Source: Klebsiella phage EI
Sequence record: MN106245.1
DNA length: 64,000 bases
Strand: one strand, 5' to 3'
Shown: positions 1-9,950 of the stretch, one piece after another
Layout: each line of letters starts with the position of its first letter
How positions within the stretch are numbered: the first letter of the stretch is position 1
The notes under the pieces: model-generated
What the model was told of the DNA's origin: nothing
The model's input: only the letters and a program-made list of their open reading frames with translations
The model's database searches: none
Made by a program: the position numbers and the translations under genes

Positions 1-2147
1 TATTTGGATTGTTCGGCTGCTTCGAGAGCAGCCATGATTTTAACGATATCGTCAATTTGGGCCTGTTCTAGATGCCATTCGTTCAGAACAGTATCAATAA
101 CCGGGTATTTTTCATTGAACTCTTTCATTTTAACAGTGAAAGCGGTCGTAGATGTTTCTTCCAGTTTATTATAAATCTGGTTACATAAAGCTAAATCAGT
201 ATTATCTTTCACCGTAACGTTGCTCAATCGCTGGTTCATATTAACCAGACGATTCAGTGAATCAGAGTTAGCATTACCTTCTACAAAGTAAGTCAGAAGG
301 AACCCAAGTTTTTTCTTATTAATAATGTGGTTAATCACACGGTTGCTACGGAAATTTCTTGGGAGATAGCAATCATAATCTACCTCATCAATAGCATCAA
401 TGTATCGCTCGATGATATAAGCCATCATATCAACAAGATTTTCATTTTCAAATAATGCTTTACGGCAGCCTGATGGACGCATAACCAAGAACTCTGTTAT
501 ACCGCATTCTTGAGCCAAGATACGAGCATCTGTATCACTAAAGCAGCTAATGGATGATTTGGCCGGAAAAGTCATGAAATCATCTCGGCTGCGAAGCAAC
601 ACAAAACCTTCAAGTTCAGAGAGTTCGCTAGAAGTTAATTTGAGATTTTCAATAGTCCAACCATTTTTCTCAGAGTACGTATATCGGGCACCATTAGGTG
701 AAGCTGGGCGTTTCTCTGCGGGCTCATCGCTTTCTACTTTAGGCAGTTTAGCACGCAGTTCTTCACATTCAGATACTTTATACGTGACAACTTCATCTTC
801 AGCCATTAATTCAATAGCTTTTTTCAGGAAGGCCTGTTGCAGTTCTGATTCTGGGTTGATAACTAGAACAAAATCATAACGTGCAATCTTACCGGCGTGT
901 TTAAGAGCCCGGATAGTCGCTACACGCTTAGAAGTCTTGTCATCAATAAGAACAGTCAATTTCTTTTTGTCCACACCTAAGATCGAATCTACATAAATCT
1001 TAGAACGTCCACCATAGCTGTTTTTGAAACGATACAATTTAACGTCATCGCCATCGTATGCTACCGCACCAGAGTTCATCGCCATATCACGAAGCTTGGA
1101 AACATCATACTTGGCCAGAATAGTTGCAATAGAACCTAACTTAGTTTTAACGCCTGAGTTAGCAATGATGTTACGCTCGGCTCGTCCGAACTCGTTGTAT
1201 TTACGAACCAGCTCACGCTCGTTAGTGATTTCATCTAGTTCTTGAATATCTCGTTCAAGATACTCTTGGTTAATCTTAGAGACACGGGCCTGGATATTTG
1301 CCACGGTGTCTGGATCAAGAGATAACTCTTCACGAGACGGAGTAATATCTAGTTCACCGAGAGGGAATTTAATATACACTCGTGAATACCGAGCACGAAG
1401 CCACGAATCTTTAACACCTGGGACGTCGTTCAAGGGATATACAATCTTACCATAGATTGCATAGATTCCGTTATTTTCATAGCCATTGTACTGATCTGTT
1501 GTGTGTACATCTTGGTCTGGGAAGAAATCAACTTCCATCTGGGTTCCTTTCAGAACTACAGAGCCAGCACCCATAGGACGAAGAACGTACTTGATTTCAT
1601 GCTGCCATGAGCTGATATCATCTGTTTTAACCGGAACAGTGATTTCCAGACCAGTCGTTTCGCCTTCAGCCATTTCTTCATCAAAGGTAGGACGAATTTT
1701 AGGCAGGCCGCCGTCCATCATTACTGTATAACCACGAGAGCGGCCGCCATGGTTAGATACTACTGTAAAGGTGTTAGTATAGCTTAATGGAGATTTAGAG
1801 CCAAGACCCAGAGCACCGATAAAGTCGTTGCTGTTGTTCTTAGTGGATTCGAAGAAAGTAGTGTACAGGTTAATCATGCCATCTTCATCAAGACCAGGGC
1901 CAAAGTCACGAATAACAAATCGCGGGTCAAGACGAGAAGGAACCTTAATTTCGAATGGACGAGTACAACCATTCAGGAAGTGAGCATCGATACAGTTAGT
2001 AGAGAGTTCACGAACAATTGCACGAATTTTGTTTTTGTACAGGTTAGAAGACAGAACACGGAACGCTTTGGCTGAGGCTTTAATCGTGAAGTCGGTTGAT
2101 TTACCACCAGAGCCCATTACAATTTCGTCATCAGTTACGAGTTTCAT
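1..2147 (-). CDS. rIIA: rIIA protein (membrane-associated rapid-lysis/RexAB-exclusion protein), N-terminal ~715 aa; C-terminus runs off window
   Basis: Translation MKLVTDDEIVMGSGGKSTDF...RAIVRELSTNCIDAH..RLDPRFVIRDFGPG matches recalled T4 rIIA N-terminal GHKL-like region; ATG at 2147; position upstream of topo gene as in T4. Confidence 0.75.
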   Translation of the reverse strand, partial: MKLVTDDEIVMGSGGKSTDFTIKASAKAFRVLSSNLYKNKIRAIVRELSTNCIDAHFLNGCTRPFEIKVPSRLDPRFVIRDFGPGLDEDGMINLYTTFFESTKNNSNDFIGALGLGSKSPLSYTNTFTVVSNHGGRSRGYTVMMDGGLPKIRPTFDEEMAEGETTGLEITVPVKTDDISSWQHEIKYVLRPMGAGSVVLKGTQMEVDFFPDQDVHTTDQYNGYENNGIYAIYGKIVYPLNDVPGVKDSWLRARYSRVYIKFPLGELDITPSREELSLDPDTVANIQARVSKINQEYLERDIQELDEITNERELVRKYNEFGRAERNIIANSGVKTKLGSIATILAKYDVSKLRDMAMNSGAVAYDGDDVKLYRFKNSYGGRSKIYVDSILGVDKKKLTVLIDDKTSKRVATIRALKHAGKIARYDFVLVINPESELQQAFLKKAIELMAEDEVVTYKVSECEELRAKLPKVESDEPAEKRPASPNGARYTYSEKNGWTIENLKLTSSELSELEGFVLLRSRDDFMTFPAKSSISCFSDTDARILAQECGITEFLVMRPSGCRKALFENENLVDMMAYIIERYIDAIDEVDYDCYLPRNFRSNRVINHIINKKKLGFLLTYFVEGNANSDSLNRLVNMNQRLSNVTVKDNTDLALCNQIYNKLEETSTTAFTVKMKEFNEKYPVIDTVLNEWHLEQAQIDDIVKIMAALEAAEQSK

Positions 2148-2155
2148 TTTTTACC

Positions 2156-2401
2156 TTAATCATTGTGTAATTTAATCAATTCGGCGCACTCTAAGAGCTC
2201 TTCGGCCGATGCACAGTCGTGGGTTATTTTAATACGAATATCTGTGAAGCGTTCTTTAAACAACTCAGCTTCGTCGATATCAAAGAACCGTTGAATCATT
2301 CTATACTCTTTGAATATAGCATTATCTAACAAGTTCAAGTTAACTCTATAGCTTCGCATTCTGGACCACCTTATGTTGAACATATTCACGGGTAGAACCA
2401 A
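2156..2401 (-). CDS. hypothetical small protein (rIIA.1-like position)
   Basis: 81-aa ORF in six-frame track; start uncertain (internal Met alternatives). Confidence 0.3.
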   Translation of the reverse strand: MVLPVNMFNIRWSRMRSYRVNLNLLDNAIFKEYRMIQRFFDIDEAELFKERFTDIRIKITHDCASAEELLECAELIKLHND

Positions 2402-2669
2402 GCTCAGCCAAGATTCGTCTCATTTCACCCATTGTACTCTTTTCTTCGCGGTGCATGTAAATGAGCTTTAAAGTTGAGTCACGTTCAACGCTGGTTAACT
2501 CCTGGTTCATTTTAATCTTATCGGCTATGTTTCTTACAGCCAACAGGTACTTTTTCTTCCTGGCGGCGTCTGAGTCTATAAATTCAACACGCCTAATTGC
2601 AGATTCCATTACCATTCTGGCTATGTTATCTAAATTAACTATAGAATTATTTTGCATTACCAGATTCAT
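2346..2669 (-). CDS. hypothetical protein, 107 aa (start refined from track ORF 2346..2714)
   Basis: ATG at 2669 preceded by GGAGG SD (plus 2671-2680 revcomp); upstream hairpin 2679-2696. Confidence 0.45.
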   Translation of the reverse strand: MNLVMQNNSIVNLDNIARMVMESAIRRVEFIDSDAARKKKYLLAVRNIADKIKMNQELTSVERDSTLKLIYMHREEKSTMGEMRRILAELGSTREYVQHKVVQNAKL

Positions 2670-2678
2670 ATAACCTCC

Positions 2679-2696
2679 AAAGGGCCGAAGCCCTTT
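2679..2696 (-). terminator. GC-rich hairpin AAAGGGC-cgaa-GCCCTTT immediately after topo gene stop
   Basis: Perfect 7-bp stem, 4-nt loop; located between gp39 stop (2699) and next SD. Confidence 0.4.
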
Positions 2697-2698
2697 AA

Positions 2699-4540
2699 TT
2701 AAGCGGCCATCCAAGCTTTACGCTTAGATGCATCTTTACCCATCAGCATTTCAAAAAGATCTTTCCAATTTTCAGGCAGTTTAACTACATCATAAACAGG
2801 TTCTTGGATAACTCGTTCATACTCGTCGCGGGTCAAAGAACCGAGCCCTTTAATATATCGAATACTATGCTTACCAAGAGATCCTTTAGCCTTATCGTAA
2901 GAAGGCAGATCATAGAACCATTCTTGTTTTTTACCGACTTGGGCGATAATAACAGGAGTTTTTACAAAACGAATTCGACCTTGCTCAAATAGTTCCGGCC
3001 ACTGAGTGAAGAAAGCCAGCAGTGAAGGATAGATTGAACCTGTGCCGTCAACGTCAGCATCAGTCATGATAGCAATATTTCTGTAGTTCATACCTTCAGC
3101 AGATTCGCCGATAGTTAATCCGGTGATTGCACAGATATCAAAGGCTTCTTTGTTCTTTAGGATATCTACAGCAGACATACCCCATGTATTCATAAACTTA
3201 CCACGTAAAGGATATCCACCGTGAAGTTCTCGATTGCGAACTTCAATCAAATAACCAATTGCAGAATCACCTTCTGTTAAGAACAGGGTTGTGTCGGCAT
3301 CTTTGCCATACATGTTAGCCTTGATATGCTTTTCTACTTTAGCTTTAGCAGCTTTTTTATTAGCTTTAGTTTCAGCGGCCTTTTCAGCAGCTAATTTTCG
3401 AGCTAAAGCAGCTTCGACGATAGGCATAATAAGGCCTTCATCTTTCAAAATGCTTTGTGCTATCTTTTTAGCATCAATTTTAATATGGCTACGAATCTCA
3501 CCGAAAGGAGAGGTCAAACGCTCTTTAGTCTGAGAATCGAATCGCATATTAGACATGTCACGAATGAACATAACCATAGTCATGCATTCTTTAACACGGG
3601 CCTTAGTTACTTCAATACCTTTATACTTACGCTTAATACCAGGCAGAAGATGTTCACAAATATCATCAAATACACATTCAATGTGGTGTCCGCCGTTCTT
3701 AGTATGGATGTTGTTCACATAAGTAAGATGCCGGAACCCGTCTTCAGAATTAGTGAATGCCATAGAAACGTTATCTGTTTCTTGAATTACTACACTCTCA
3801 CCGAACTGCTTAGCAAACTTTTTAAAGTTGCCATCGACCTTTTTGCCGTTGAAAGTAAATTTAACATCCGGATAAATTACAGCCAGAGTTTGAAGTCGGT
3901 CTAAAGTGATTTCACTATAAACATCGGTCAGATTACTTACTTCAAAGTTAACAAAGTCTGGAATAAATGAAACCACTGTTCCTGTTTTAGCTTTGACATG
4001 TTCTTTCTTAGAGGCCGGAACTTTATTCCAGCTTATAGAATCCATACCGTTAGAACACTGTACAGTAATCTCGTTCTTTCCATCACAGGTGGCGCCTGCG
4101 AACAAAACAGAGAAGATATTGGTTAAACTACTACCGACACCATTCATGCCGCCTGTCTTACGCTCAGCGTCATCGCCAAAGTTACCACCGGCCTTTGGAA
4201 TAGTCCATGCAGCTACCGGACCTGGGATCTGTTCACCCGTTTGGGTTTCAACTAAATCTTGAGGAATACCTCGGCCGTTATCTTCGACGATAACTTTATT
4301 TCCACGGATTTCAACATCAATTTTGTTGGCGAACTTAAAGCTTGTACGAATGGCTTCATCAACAGAGTTGTCAATGATTTCATCAATCAGCTTAACTACG
4401 CCAGGAACATACATCAGAGACATATGTTTACCGAACAGAAAGCGTTCATGGGCTTCATGCGCTGAGCTACCAATATACATCCCACTACGTTTCTTGATAT
4501 GTTCAACGTCTGAAAGTACTTTAATTTCGTTCTTAATCAT
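2699..4540 (-). CDS. 39: DNA topoisomerase II large subunit (GyrB-like ATPase), fused gp39+gp60 type, 613 aa
   Basis: MIKNEIKVLSDVEHIKKRSGMYIGSS.., EDNGRGIP GHKL N-box, GGMNGVGSS; near-colinear with recalled T4 gp39; true start ATG 4540 with GAGGAAA SD (track ORF extended to 4591). Confidence 0.85.
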   Translation of the reverse strand: MIKNEIKVLSDVEHIKKRSGMYIGSSAHEAHERFLFGKHMSLMYVPGVVKLIDEIIDNSVDEAIRTSFKFANKIDVEIRGNKVIVEDNGRGIPQDLVETQTGEQIPGPVAAWTIPKAGGNFGDDAERKTGGMNGVGSSLTNIFSVLFAGATCDGKNEITVQCSNGMDSISWNKVPASKKEHVKAKTGTVVSFIPDFVNFEVSNLTDVYSEITLDRLQTLAVIYPDVKFTFNGKKVDGNFKKFAKQFGESVVIQETDNVSMAFTNSEDGFRHLTYVNNIHTKNGGHHIECVFDDICEHLLPGIKRKYKGIEVTKARVKECMTMVMFIRDMSNMRFDSQTKERLTSPFGEIRSHIKIDAKKIAQSILKDEGLIMPIVEAALARKLAAEKAAETKANKKAAKAKVEKHIKANMYGKDADTTLFLTEGDSAIGYLIEVRNRELHGGYPLRGKFMNTWGMSAVDILKNKEAFDICAITGLTIGESAEGMNYRNIAIMTDADVDGTGSIYPSLLAFFTQWPELFEQGRIRFVKTPVIIAQVGKKQEWFYDLPSYDKAKGSLGKHSIRYIKGLGSLTRDEYERVIQEPVYDVVKLPENWKDLFEMLMGKDASKRKAWMAA

Positions 4541-4580
4541 TTCATTTCCTCTTGTAGTGGAAGCTATATTATCCCGTATT

Positions 4581-4607
4581 CTAAAAAGCAAAAGGGCCTA
4601 AGCCCTT
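4581..4607 (-). terminator. rho-independent terminator (AAGGGC-ttag-GCCCTT + TTTTGCTTTTT on minus strand)
   Basis: Hairpin 4591-4607 followed by U-tract on transcribed (minus) strand; downstream of 67-aa ORF. Confidence 0.55.
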
Positions 4608-4809
4608 ATTTAGATTTTTCTACCCACTTTGCAGCGTGTAAACCAGACTTAAGAAAGGACCTGAATTCTTTCTTAGCTTCTCGCTTTTGTTTAGCTGTCA
4701 ATTTAGTTGGACGATACATCATCCGTATTCGACCAGGACCTTTAAGAGTAAAGATGTGAGTCAAATGCTTGTAATATGGATGTATGCCAAATGATTCTGA
4801 AGTAGTCAT
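4606..4809 (-). CDS. hypothetical basic protein, 67 aa
   Basis: ORF track; followed by terminator. Confidence 0.4.
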   Translation of the reverse strand: MTTSESFGIHPYYKHLTHIFTLKGPGRIRMMYRPTKLTAKQKREAKKEFRSFLKSGLHAAKWVEKSK

Positions 4810-4899
4810 CGTTTTCTCACAATCACAGTGCGGCCATCATTAAGTTTAAATTCACGCATTTCACCCGATACCATATAGATACGACGTGCCCGCATTCTC

Positions 4900-5076
4900 A
4901 TTAATAATCACCTGATTTAAGACCGTCATAGTGAACTGCAGGAGCAGACACAGTACGGTGCATTTTACCTTCGCAATTCAGGAACGGGCACTCTACCGGC
5001 TCATCCCGTTCAGAGATTTTACGAATATACTCGCGCTCTTCGTCACAAGCTTCACATTTATAGTTATACGTTGGCA
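4900..5076 (-). CDS. possible small CxxC..CxxC zinc-ribbon protein (~58 aa) with TTG start
   Basis: Frame gives ..KCEACDEEREY..ECPFLNCEGK..; no in-frame ATG; TTG at 5076 after AAGGAA; below ORF-track size cutoff. Confidence 0.2.
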
Positions 5077-5768
5077 AAACGAGTTCCTTCTAAAAATTTA
5101 ATTGCTGCTAGACGAGATTTTTCATCTGACACGATTAGTTCAATCTTTGCAGGTCCTTCAAGGACTAGTGGAACCGGATCAACAGTACCGACGTCGTTCT
5201 CAGCATCTTGAGCTTCATCAAGTTCGTCAAGTTCATCGAGATGTTCTTGAACAACTACATCGCCTTCAATGTTGTTTTTGAAGTCCGTCCAACGTCTAAA
5301 GAACGAACGTTCGGCTTGAACTAATGCCAGATTAATTTTCTGGTTACCAACTTGAACAGTTTTCACACGAGGGCTGCCAAGGCTATGGTCAACAGCTAAA
5401 ACCGTAAACCGATTTAAATGAACTAGTTCAGCAAAACGGATGTTCAATTTACTACGTTGAACCAAACCTTTTAAATTAATACAGATATAGGTTTCACCTT
5501 CTTCCCACAGCCCTGAATCACCGTCAAAGCCGGAGACTTCGACAAAGAATTCTTCCATCTCACTGCAGGTTATGTAAAGGCCATCTTTACCATGCGTAAG
5601 AGTCGCACCACTTTTAAACTGGATAGCTACTACGTTATCAATGGCAACCTGAATAACTTTAAAAATGTTATTCTGGATAGCATTAGCGATATCAATGTTC
5701 GAAGAATAGTTGGCTTCAAACTGTGCACGGGCATCATCGCTGATGAAGCGAAAATATTTGTTTTGCAT
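5064..5768 (-). CDS. hypothetical protein, 234 aa (start refined; acidic C-terminal half)
   Basis: ATG 5768 one nt after TAA of upstream ORF (coupled); track ORF 5064..5834. Confidence 0.5.
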   Translation of the reverse strand: MQNKYFRFISDDARAQFEANYSSNIDIANAIQNNIFKVIQVAIDNVVAIQFKSGATLTHGKDGLYITCSEMEEFFVEVSGFDGDSGLWEEGETYICINLKGLVQRSKLNIRFAELVHLNRFTVLAVDHSLGSPRVKTVQVGNQKINLALVQAERSFFRRWTDFKNNIEGDVVVQEHLDELDELDEAQDAENDVGTVDPVPLVLEGPAKIELIVSDEKSRLAAIKFLEGTRFANV

Positions 5769-5769
5769 T

Positions 5770-5991
5770 TTAGGCCTCGTAAGTTTCTTTCCAGTAATCA
5801 GTACCGTTTTCAGAGATTTCACGGAAGATAGCATAAGCCGGAAGAGTATCGCCTAATTTGTTATAGACATACACGATTTGGGTACAGCATAAAAATTCAG
5901 TGATATCTTTCTGCACAACTACTAAGTCCGGGTTAAACAGAACATCTTCGAATTCATCACGATTTGAATTTGTGGTAGCTACAACTTTCAT
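5770..5991 (-). CDS. hypothetical protein, 73 aa
   Basis: ORF track; promoter cassette P1 just upstream. Confidence 0.4.
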   Translation of the reverse strand: MKVVATTNSNRDEFEDVLFNPDLVVVQKDITEFLCCTQIVYVYNKLGDTLPAYAIFREISENGTDYWKETYEA

Positions 5992-6010
5992 TTTGTTTTC
6001 CTCTCATTTA

Positions 6011-6052
6011 GTTGGTAGGAACATAGTATCATGCTCCTACCTGGATGTAAAC
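6011..6052 (-). promoter_or_regulatory. early promoter/stem-loop cassette (PeSL-like) P1: -35 GTTTACA, -10 GATACT, flanking IR GGTAGGAACAT/ATGCTCCTACC
   Basis: Minus-strand GTTTACA at 6047-6053; inverted repeat brackets -10. Confidence 0.55.
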
Positions 6053-6429
6053 TACTTAATAATATTTTTCACGGCGGAACGCGGAACCACGGAGTAATCA
6101 CCGTCGTGAACTACGTTCAGCAGTTCAACGCCATCTTCAACCCACTGGTCTGTAACCCAACCGCATACGCGGATGAATGGGGTTTCGATTTGAACTGTTT
6201 TACACAGAAGATCGTCACGGATATCGTAGTCATCATCATCGAGAGCCACGGTCCCAATCACTGATACATATTCAGGCGATACATAGCCAACGACCCCGTT
6301 AGAAGAAATAACGTATTCTTTAATTTCGCCAAGCCAACCAAAACGAACGGCCTCTATAACACCGGATTTACCGGCGATACGGGAACGGGACTGAGTGGAT
6401 ACATAGACCAGAGAGTCAATAGGGATCAT
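6052..6429 (-). CDS. hypothetical protein, 125 aa
   Basis: ORF track. Confidence 0.45.
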   Translation of the reverse strand: MIPIDSLVYVSTQSRSRIAGKSGVIEAVRFGWLGEIKEYVISSNGVVGYVSPEYVSVIGTVALDDDDYDIRDDLLCKTVQIETPFIRVCGWVTDQWVEDGVELLNVVHDGDYSVVPRSAVKNIIK

Positions 6430-6608
6430 TTTATTTCCTTAGCGAATACAGTTAGAAAGTTCAATACCGGTGTCAACACCAAAATTATAACCAGCTTCCC
6501 AACCTTTCGCCATAGTTGCTTTAACAACTAAAACCATACTTGGGGAGATTTCAGGAAGAATGGTCGAGTTAAACCATTCTTCAAAGTTTTCATCATACTC
6601 AAAATCGT

Positions 6609-7292
6609 TCATCGTGTTTTACTCAATGAGAGTGGATCGGCTTCAGCTTCAGACGGACATTCATCCAGACCAAGAGCATAACGTTGTGCATATTTTAACA
6701 TCAAAATATCTTTAGCACAATCATGAAGACTGTCATGAGCTACGAAGCCTTTTAGAGTACCGTTAGGCAGAGGAGTTGTGGTCATACCGCGTACCATACT
6801 GTATGCTTCAATAGCAGTACGGATATCACGCTGATTCCAGAACTTGACAGGCTCAAGCTTAAAGGTATCGATTTCATTTTCAGGAATGCCTTCAGAACGA
6901 TACAATTCACGAATCATATCTGTGAAAATAGGAATATCGAAGCTCATTCCACGGCACCACATCTGGCTGTTCCATGGATCTACACCTTGTTCTCGAATCC
7001 AATCCAGGACAATCTTAATGCCTTCGATAACTGTTTTATCTTCGTCAGATGGGATTAAGTTCTTACGGGCTTCTGGAGATTGGTCCTTCCACCAAGCTAA
7101 AGTTGACTTAGAGAATAATCTAGCCCCTTTCTGTGAGGTGAGATCGAATTTAACCCGCAGGCCTTTAGAGATAAGTTCATCTAAAGATTGAACCACTTCA
7201 GGGTCTGGGTTATAGGCAATTAAACTCAGGTCAATTGCCGCAGAGTTAGAAGTTGTAGCAAATGTTTCGTAGTCGATAATAATATCAATCAT
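6609..7292 (-). CDS. dexA: exonuclease A (DnaQ-like 3'-5' DNA exonuclease), 227 aa
   Basis: MIDIIIDYETF.. Exo motif; identical length to T4 DexA; position upstream of dda. Confidence 0.8.
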   Translation of the reverse strand: MIDIIIDYETFATTSNSAAIDLSLIAYNPDPEVVQSLDELISKGLRVKFDLTSQKGARLFSKSTLAWWKDQSPEARKNLIPSDEDKTVIEGIKIVLDWIREQGVDPWNSQMWCRGMSFDIPIFTDMIRELYRSEGIPENEIDTFKLEPVKFWNQRDIRTAIEAYSMVRGMTTTPLPNGTLKGFVAHDSLHDCAKDILMLKYAQRYALGLDECPSEAEADPLSLSKTR

Positions 7293-7510
7293 AGTTTACC
7301 TTCATAAGCAATTGTTGACATAACTTCAACTAAACTGCTCGGAATAATGATGTCTGGAGTTGCTCCTAGATAAGATGCAACACTAATAGCATTTTCACAA
7401 ATGCAACGAACCTTATACATTGCTTCAGCTTGATGAGGCATCATGGTTTCATGGCGAGTGTCATAAGATTCAATTAATTTGTTAGCTGTGTATTCGTTAA
7501 TACGTAACAT
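7289..7510 (-). CDS. hypothetical protein, 73 aa
   Basis: ORF track, ATGA overlap with dexA. Confidence 0.4.
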   Translation of the reverse strand: MLRINEYTANKLIESYDTRHETMMPHQAEAMYKVRCICENAISVASYLGATPDIIIPSSLVEVMSTIAYEGKL

Positions 7511-7517
7511 AGTTCAC

Positions 7518-8846
7518 CTATACATAATAAACATCATGGCGTCCGCGGGTAGTGCCGACGTACAATAATTGTTGAGCTAATTCAGCATCAGCTACATGAA
7601 TACAAGGTGTATACAAGAAACTCGTATCGACCGATAACCCTTGGGCTTTATGGAATGTTGAAGCCGGCAGAGGTTTTACTTTATGAAACATGCGTTTAGC
7701 GGCCCAGAAAGATTTCCATGGAGCTTTACCACCTTTCTGCCAGTTTCGATATGTATCAGCAGCCTTGGCCAAGAAGAATTGGAACTTATTTTGTTCTTGT
7801 TCATCAGAGATAACGTTTATAGTTTCTAGATGATAATCTTCATCTTTGTCGTAAGTTTCTACCGTTAATCGCCAGTGCCGAAGCATATACTCACCAGAGA
7901 CACCTTTACAAGAAACAAAAGATGAAGCGTATTCAGCACTTACAATACGAACATATTGCCCGTTATTAAATTTAAGGTCGTTAAACCTCTTACCTTCGAA
8001 TTCAAGCTCTTTGATCAAAGGCTCTTGCATTACTATAACTTCACCTGTGATAAAAGCATCTTCTGTCTCAAGAATTCGTCGCCTAATAATAGAGTTCAAT
8101 TTATCAACAGATTTGTTCGTGAAAGCAAACATCTTGTTTTCGAACATATCTTCAGGGTCTTTAACGATTTCAAAATATTTCATCATGAAATCTTTAAGAG
8201 CTGTTGTTGATGTGAATCCGTGAACACCATGACCGTCACGTTGGTGGTCGTAGATCCATTTACCATTACGGATATCTGTAGCTACTTTAATGATAGGAGC
8301 ATTACTACGCATCACTTCATCAAGTTCAAGCTGGTCAAAATCTTTATGGCTGAAGAACGGCGACAGAGCTGGTACAGTAGAGCCAGGTTCTACAGGACGA
8401 ATCTGAGCTTTATCGCCTATAGCAATGACAAGACAATACCGTGGAATGGTGGCCATCAGAATCTGGAACAGTTTTCGGTCGTACATAGAGGCTTCGTCGC
8501 AAACAACCACCCGTAGTTCAGATACGTCTACATCGCCTTTTTGCTCAAATGTTACAGAGTCTTCATATGTCGTCGGGTTAATTTTCAACAAGCTGTGGAT
8601 TGTCCGAGCTTCAATACCAGACAGTTTGCTTAATACTTTTTTAGCGGCATGCGTAGGAGCAGCTAAAACGACACCAGATACTCCTTGAGAAATCAAGTAA
8701 TCAACGATGAATTTGGTCATCGTGGTTTTACCAGTTCCAGCCGGGCCATTCAATGTGATATGGTTTCCTTTACCGGCTTTAATACGACTGATAATATAGT
8801 CAAAGGCTTTCTTCTGACCTTTGTTCAGCATATCGAACGTAATCAA
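7518..8846 (-). CDS. dda: Dda DNA helicase (SF1B), 442 aa
   Basis: LNGPAGTGKTT Walker A, VVCDEASMY Walker B; colinear with recalled T4 Dda. Confidence 0.85.
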   Translation of the reverse strand: MITFDMLNKGQKKAFDYIISRIKAGKGNHITLNGPAGTGKTTMTKFIVDYLISQGVSGVVLAAPTHAAKKVLSKLSGIEARTIHSLLKINPTTYEDSVTFEQKGDVDVSELRVVVCDEASMYDRKLFQILMATIPRYCLVIAIGDKAQIRPVEPGSTVPALSPFFSHKDFDQLELDEVMRSNAPIIKVATDIRNGKWIYDHQRDGHGVHGFTSTTALKDFMMKYFEIVKDPEDMFENKMFAFTNKSVDKLNSIIRRRILETEDAFITGEVIVMQEPLIKELEFEGKRFNDLKFNNGQYVRIVSAEYASSFVSCKGVSGEYMLRHWRLTVETYDKDEDYHLETINVISDEQEQNKFQFFLAKAADTYRNWQKGGKAPWKSFWAAKRMFHKVKPLPASTFHKAQGLSVDTSFLYTPCIHVADAELAQQLLYVGTTRGRHDVYYV

Positions 8847-9151
8847 GCTAATTTTACCCTTTTAACATGCAGTGTGCTAATGATTTGGCGGAGAGATTTA
8901 AGTTCATCGTCACTATAATGCGTTGTCACGATAAGCACTTTAGGGAACCACCACTTACGTGGAACTACTCGTCTCTCGACAGATTTAATTCGAGTATCGA
9001 ATCTATGTTCCAAGTAAGACTTTAAACCATTATATTCATTTTTGGCCGCTGCTTCATCAGAGAAGACATTGCAGCACCCGTTGTATTCATAAGGAAGCAC
9101 GAACCCGTGTTTGTCCTTATACACCAGAGCATATCCATAGTGCATCATCAT
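8843..9151 (-). CDS. hypothetical protein, 102 aa (dda.1 position)
   Basis: ORF track, overlaps dda start. Confidence 0.45.
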   Translation of the reverse strand: MMMHYGYALVYKDKHGFVLPYEYNGCCNVFSDEAAAKNEYNGLKSYLEHRFDTRIKSVERRVVPRKWWFPKVLIVTTHYSDDELKSLRQIISTLHVKRVKLA

Positions 9152-9891
9152 TACATTTTACCTTTAATTAATTGAAGCAGTGAACAATTCAATGGCAATC
9201 CTTTTTCCAACTTCTTAGTATCCAACCAGTTACGTTTTTCTAAACGTTTAAGAGCTTCAACAATTATACCATAATTACGAACCTGTTCCTCTGCTTTAGA
9301 GAGCTTAGTAGCGTTCTTAATGCTACGGCCGTCACGAAGAGCGAATAGGGTAGCTTCTTGCCGGCCAATCTCAGCCTTAGCGCCTTCAATTCTGGCTCTG
9401 AGAGAAGCTATCATTACCTTACGGGCTTCGTCAAGATATCCTTCAGAGAGAATAGAATTCAGAGCTGCAATACGACCTTCGCGGCGGCTTTTTATGCCTT
9501 CTATATTTTTCTCAATGAGCTTAATTTTAGCCTGAGTTTCTTCAGCCAATGTTACAGGCTTATTATCAGAACCACGGACTATGCGGGCCGATTTTTCTTT
9601 AGCAAGAGCTTCCATTTTCTCTATAGAATAATTGCCTCTAGCAGAGTTATATTTCTCTTTAACCGGAATAACATTGCCAATGACGTAGCCTTTGTCGTTA
9701 TCCCATCTTTCAAGAGTTAGTGAATCGAGACCTGTGCCTGAGAACTCTTCACCCGAGTAAGCACAGTGAGTCTGGGCTAATATATTAGCCAGGTATTCAA
9801 AGGTAAGGTTGAATTCTTTGCCTCTGGACTTAGCAGATTCAAAAGTTTTAGCCAGACGACGCGCTATGATAACTTGATTAGATGCTTGCAT
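9151..9891 (-). CDS. putative HNH_3-like (degenerate His-Me finger) endonuclease-domain protein with long C-terminal coiled coil, 246 aa
   Basis: CAYSGEEF..LTLERWDNDKGYVIGNVIPV..N motif typical of phage HNH_3-type domains; ATG 9891 with GAGGA SD (track start 9930 lies inside promoter cassette). Confidence 0.4.
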   Translation of the reverse strand: MQASNQVIIARRLAKTFESAKSRGKEFNLTFEYLANILAQTHCAYSGEEFSGTGLDSLTLERWDNDKGYVIGNVIPVKEKYNSARGNYSIEKMEALAKEKSARIVRGSDNKPVTLAEETQAKIKLIEKNIEGIKSRREGRIAALNSILSEGYLDEARKVMIASLRARIEGAKAEIGRQEATLFALRDGRSIKNATKLSKAEEQVRNYGIIVEALKRLEKRNWLDTKKLEKGLPLNCSLLQLIKGKM

Positions 9892-9910
9892 GATTTTATC
9901 CTCAATATTG

Positions 9911-9950
9911 GTGTAGAAGTATAGTAACACGCTCCTACACCACTGTAAAC
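9911..9950 (-). promoter_or_regulatory. early promoter/stem-loop cassette P2 (GTTTACA.. IR GTGTAGAAG/CTCCTACAC)
   Basis: GTTTAC revcomp at 9945-9950; IR brackets -10 TATACT. Confidence 0.55.

Noticed and set aside
550-1731. Three plus-strand ORFs (109, 73, 76 aa) at window start
   Set aside because: All antisense to rIIA coding sequence; low-complexity Ser/Leu-rich translations typical of reverse-strand artefacts
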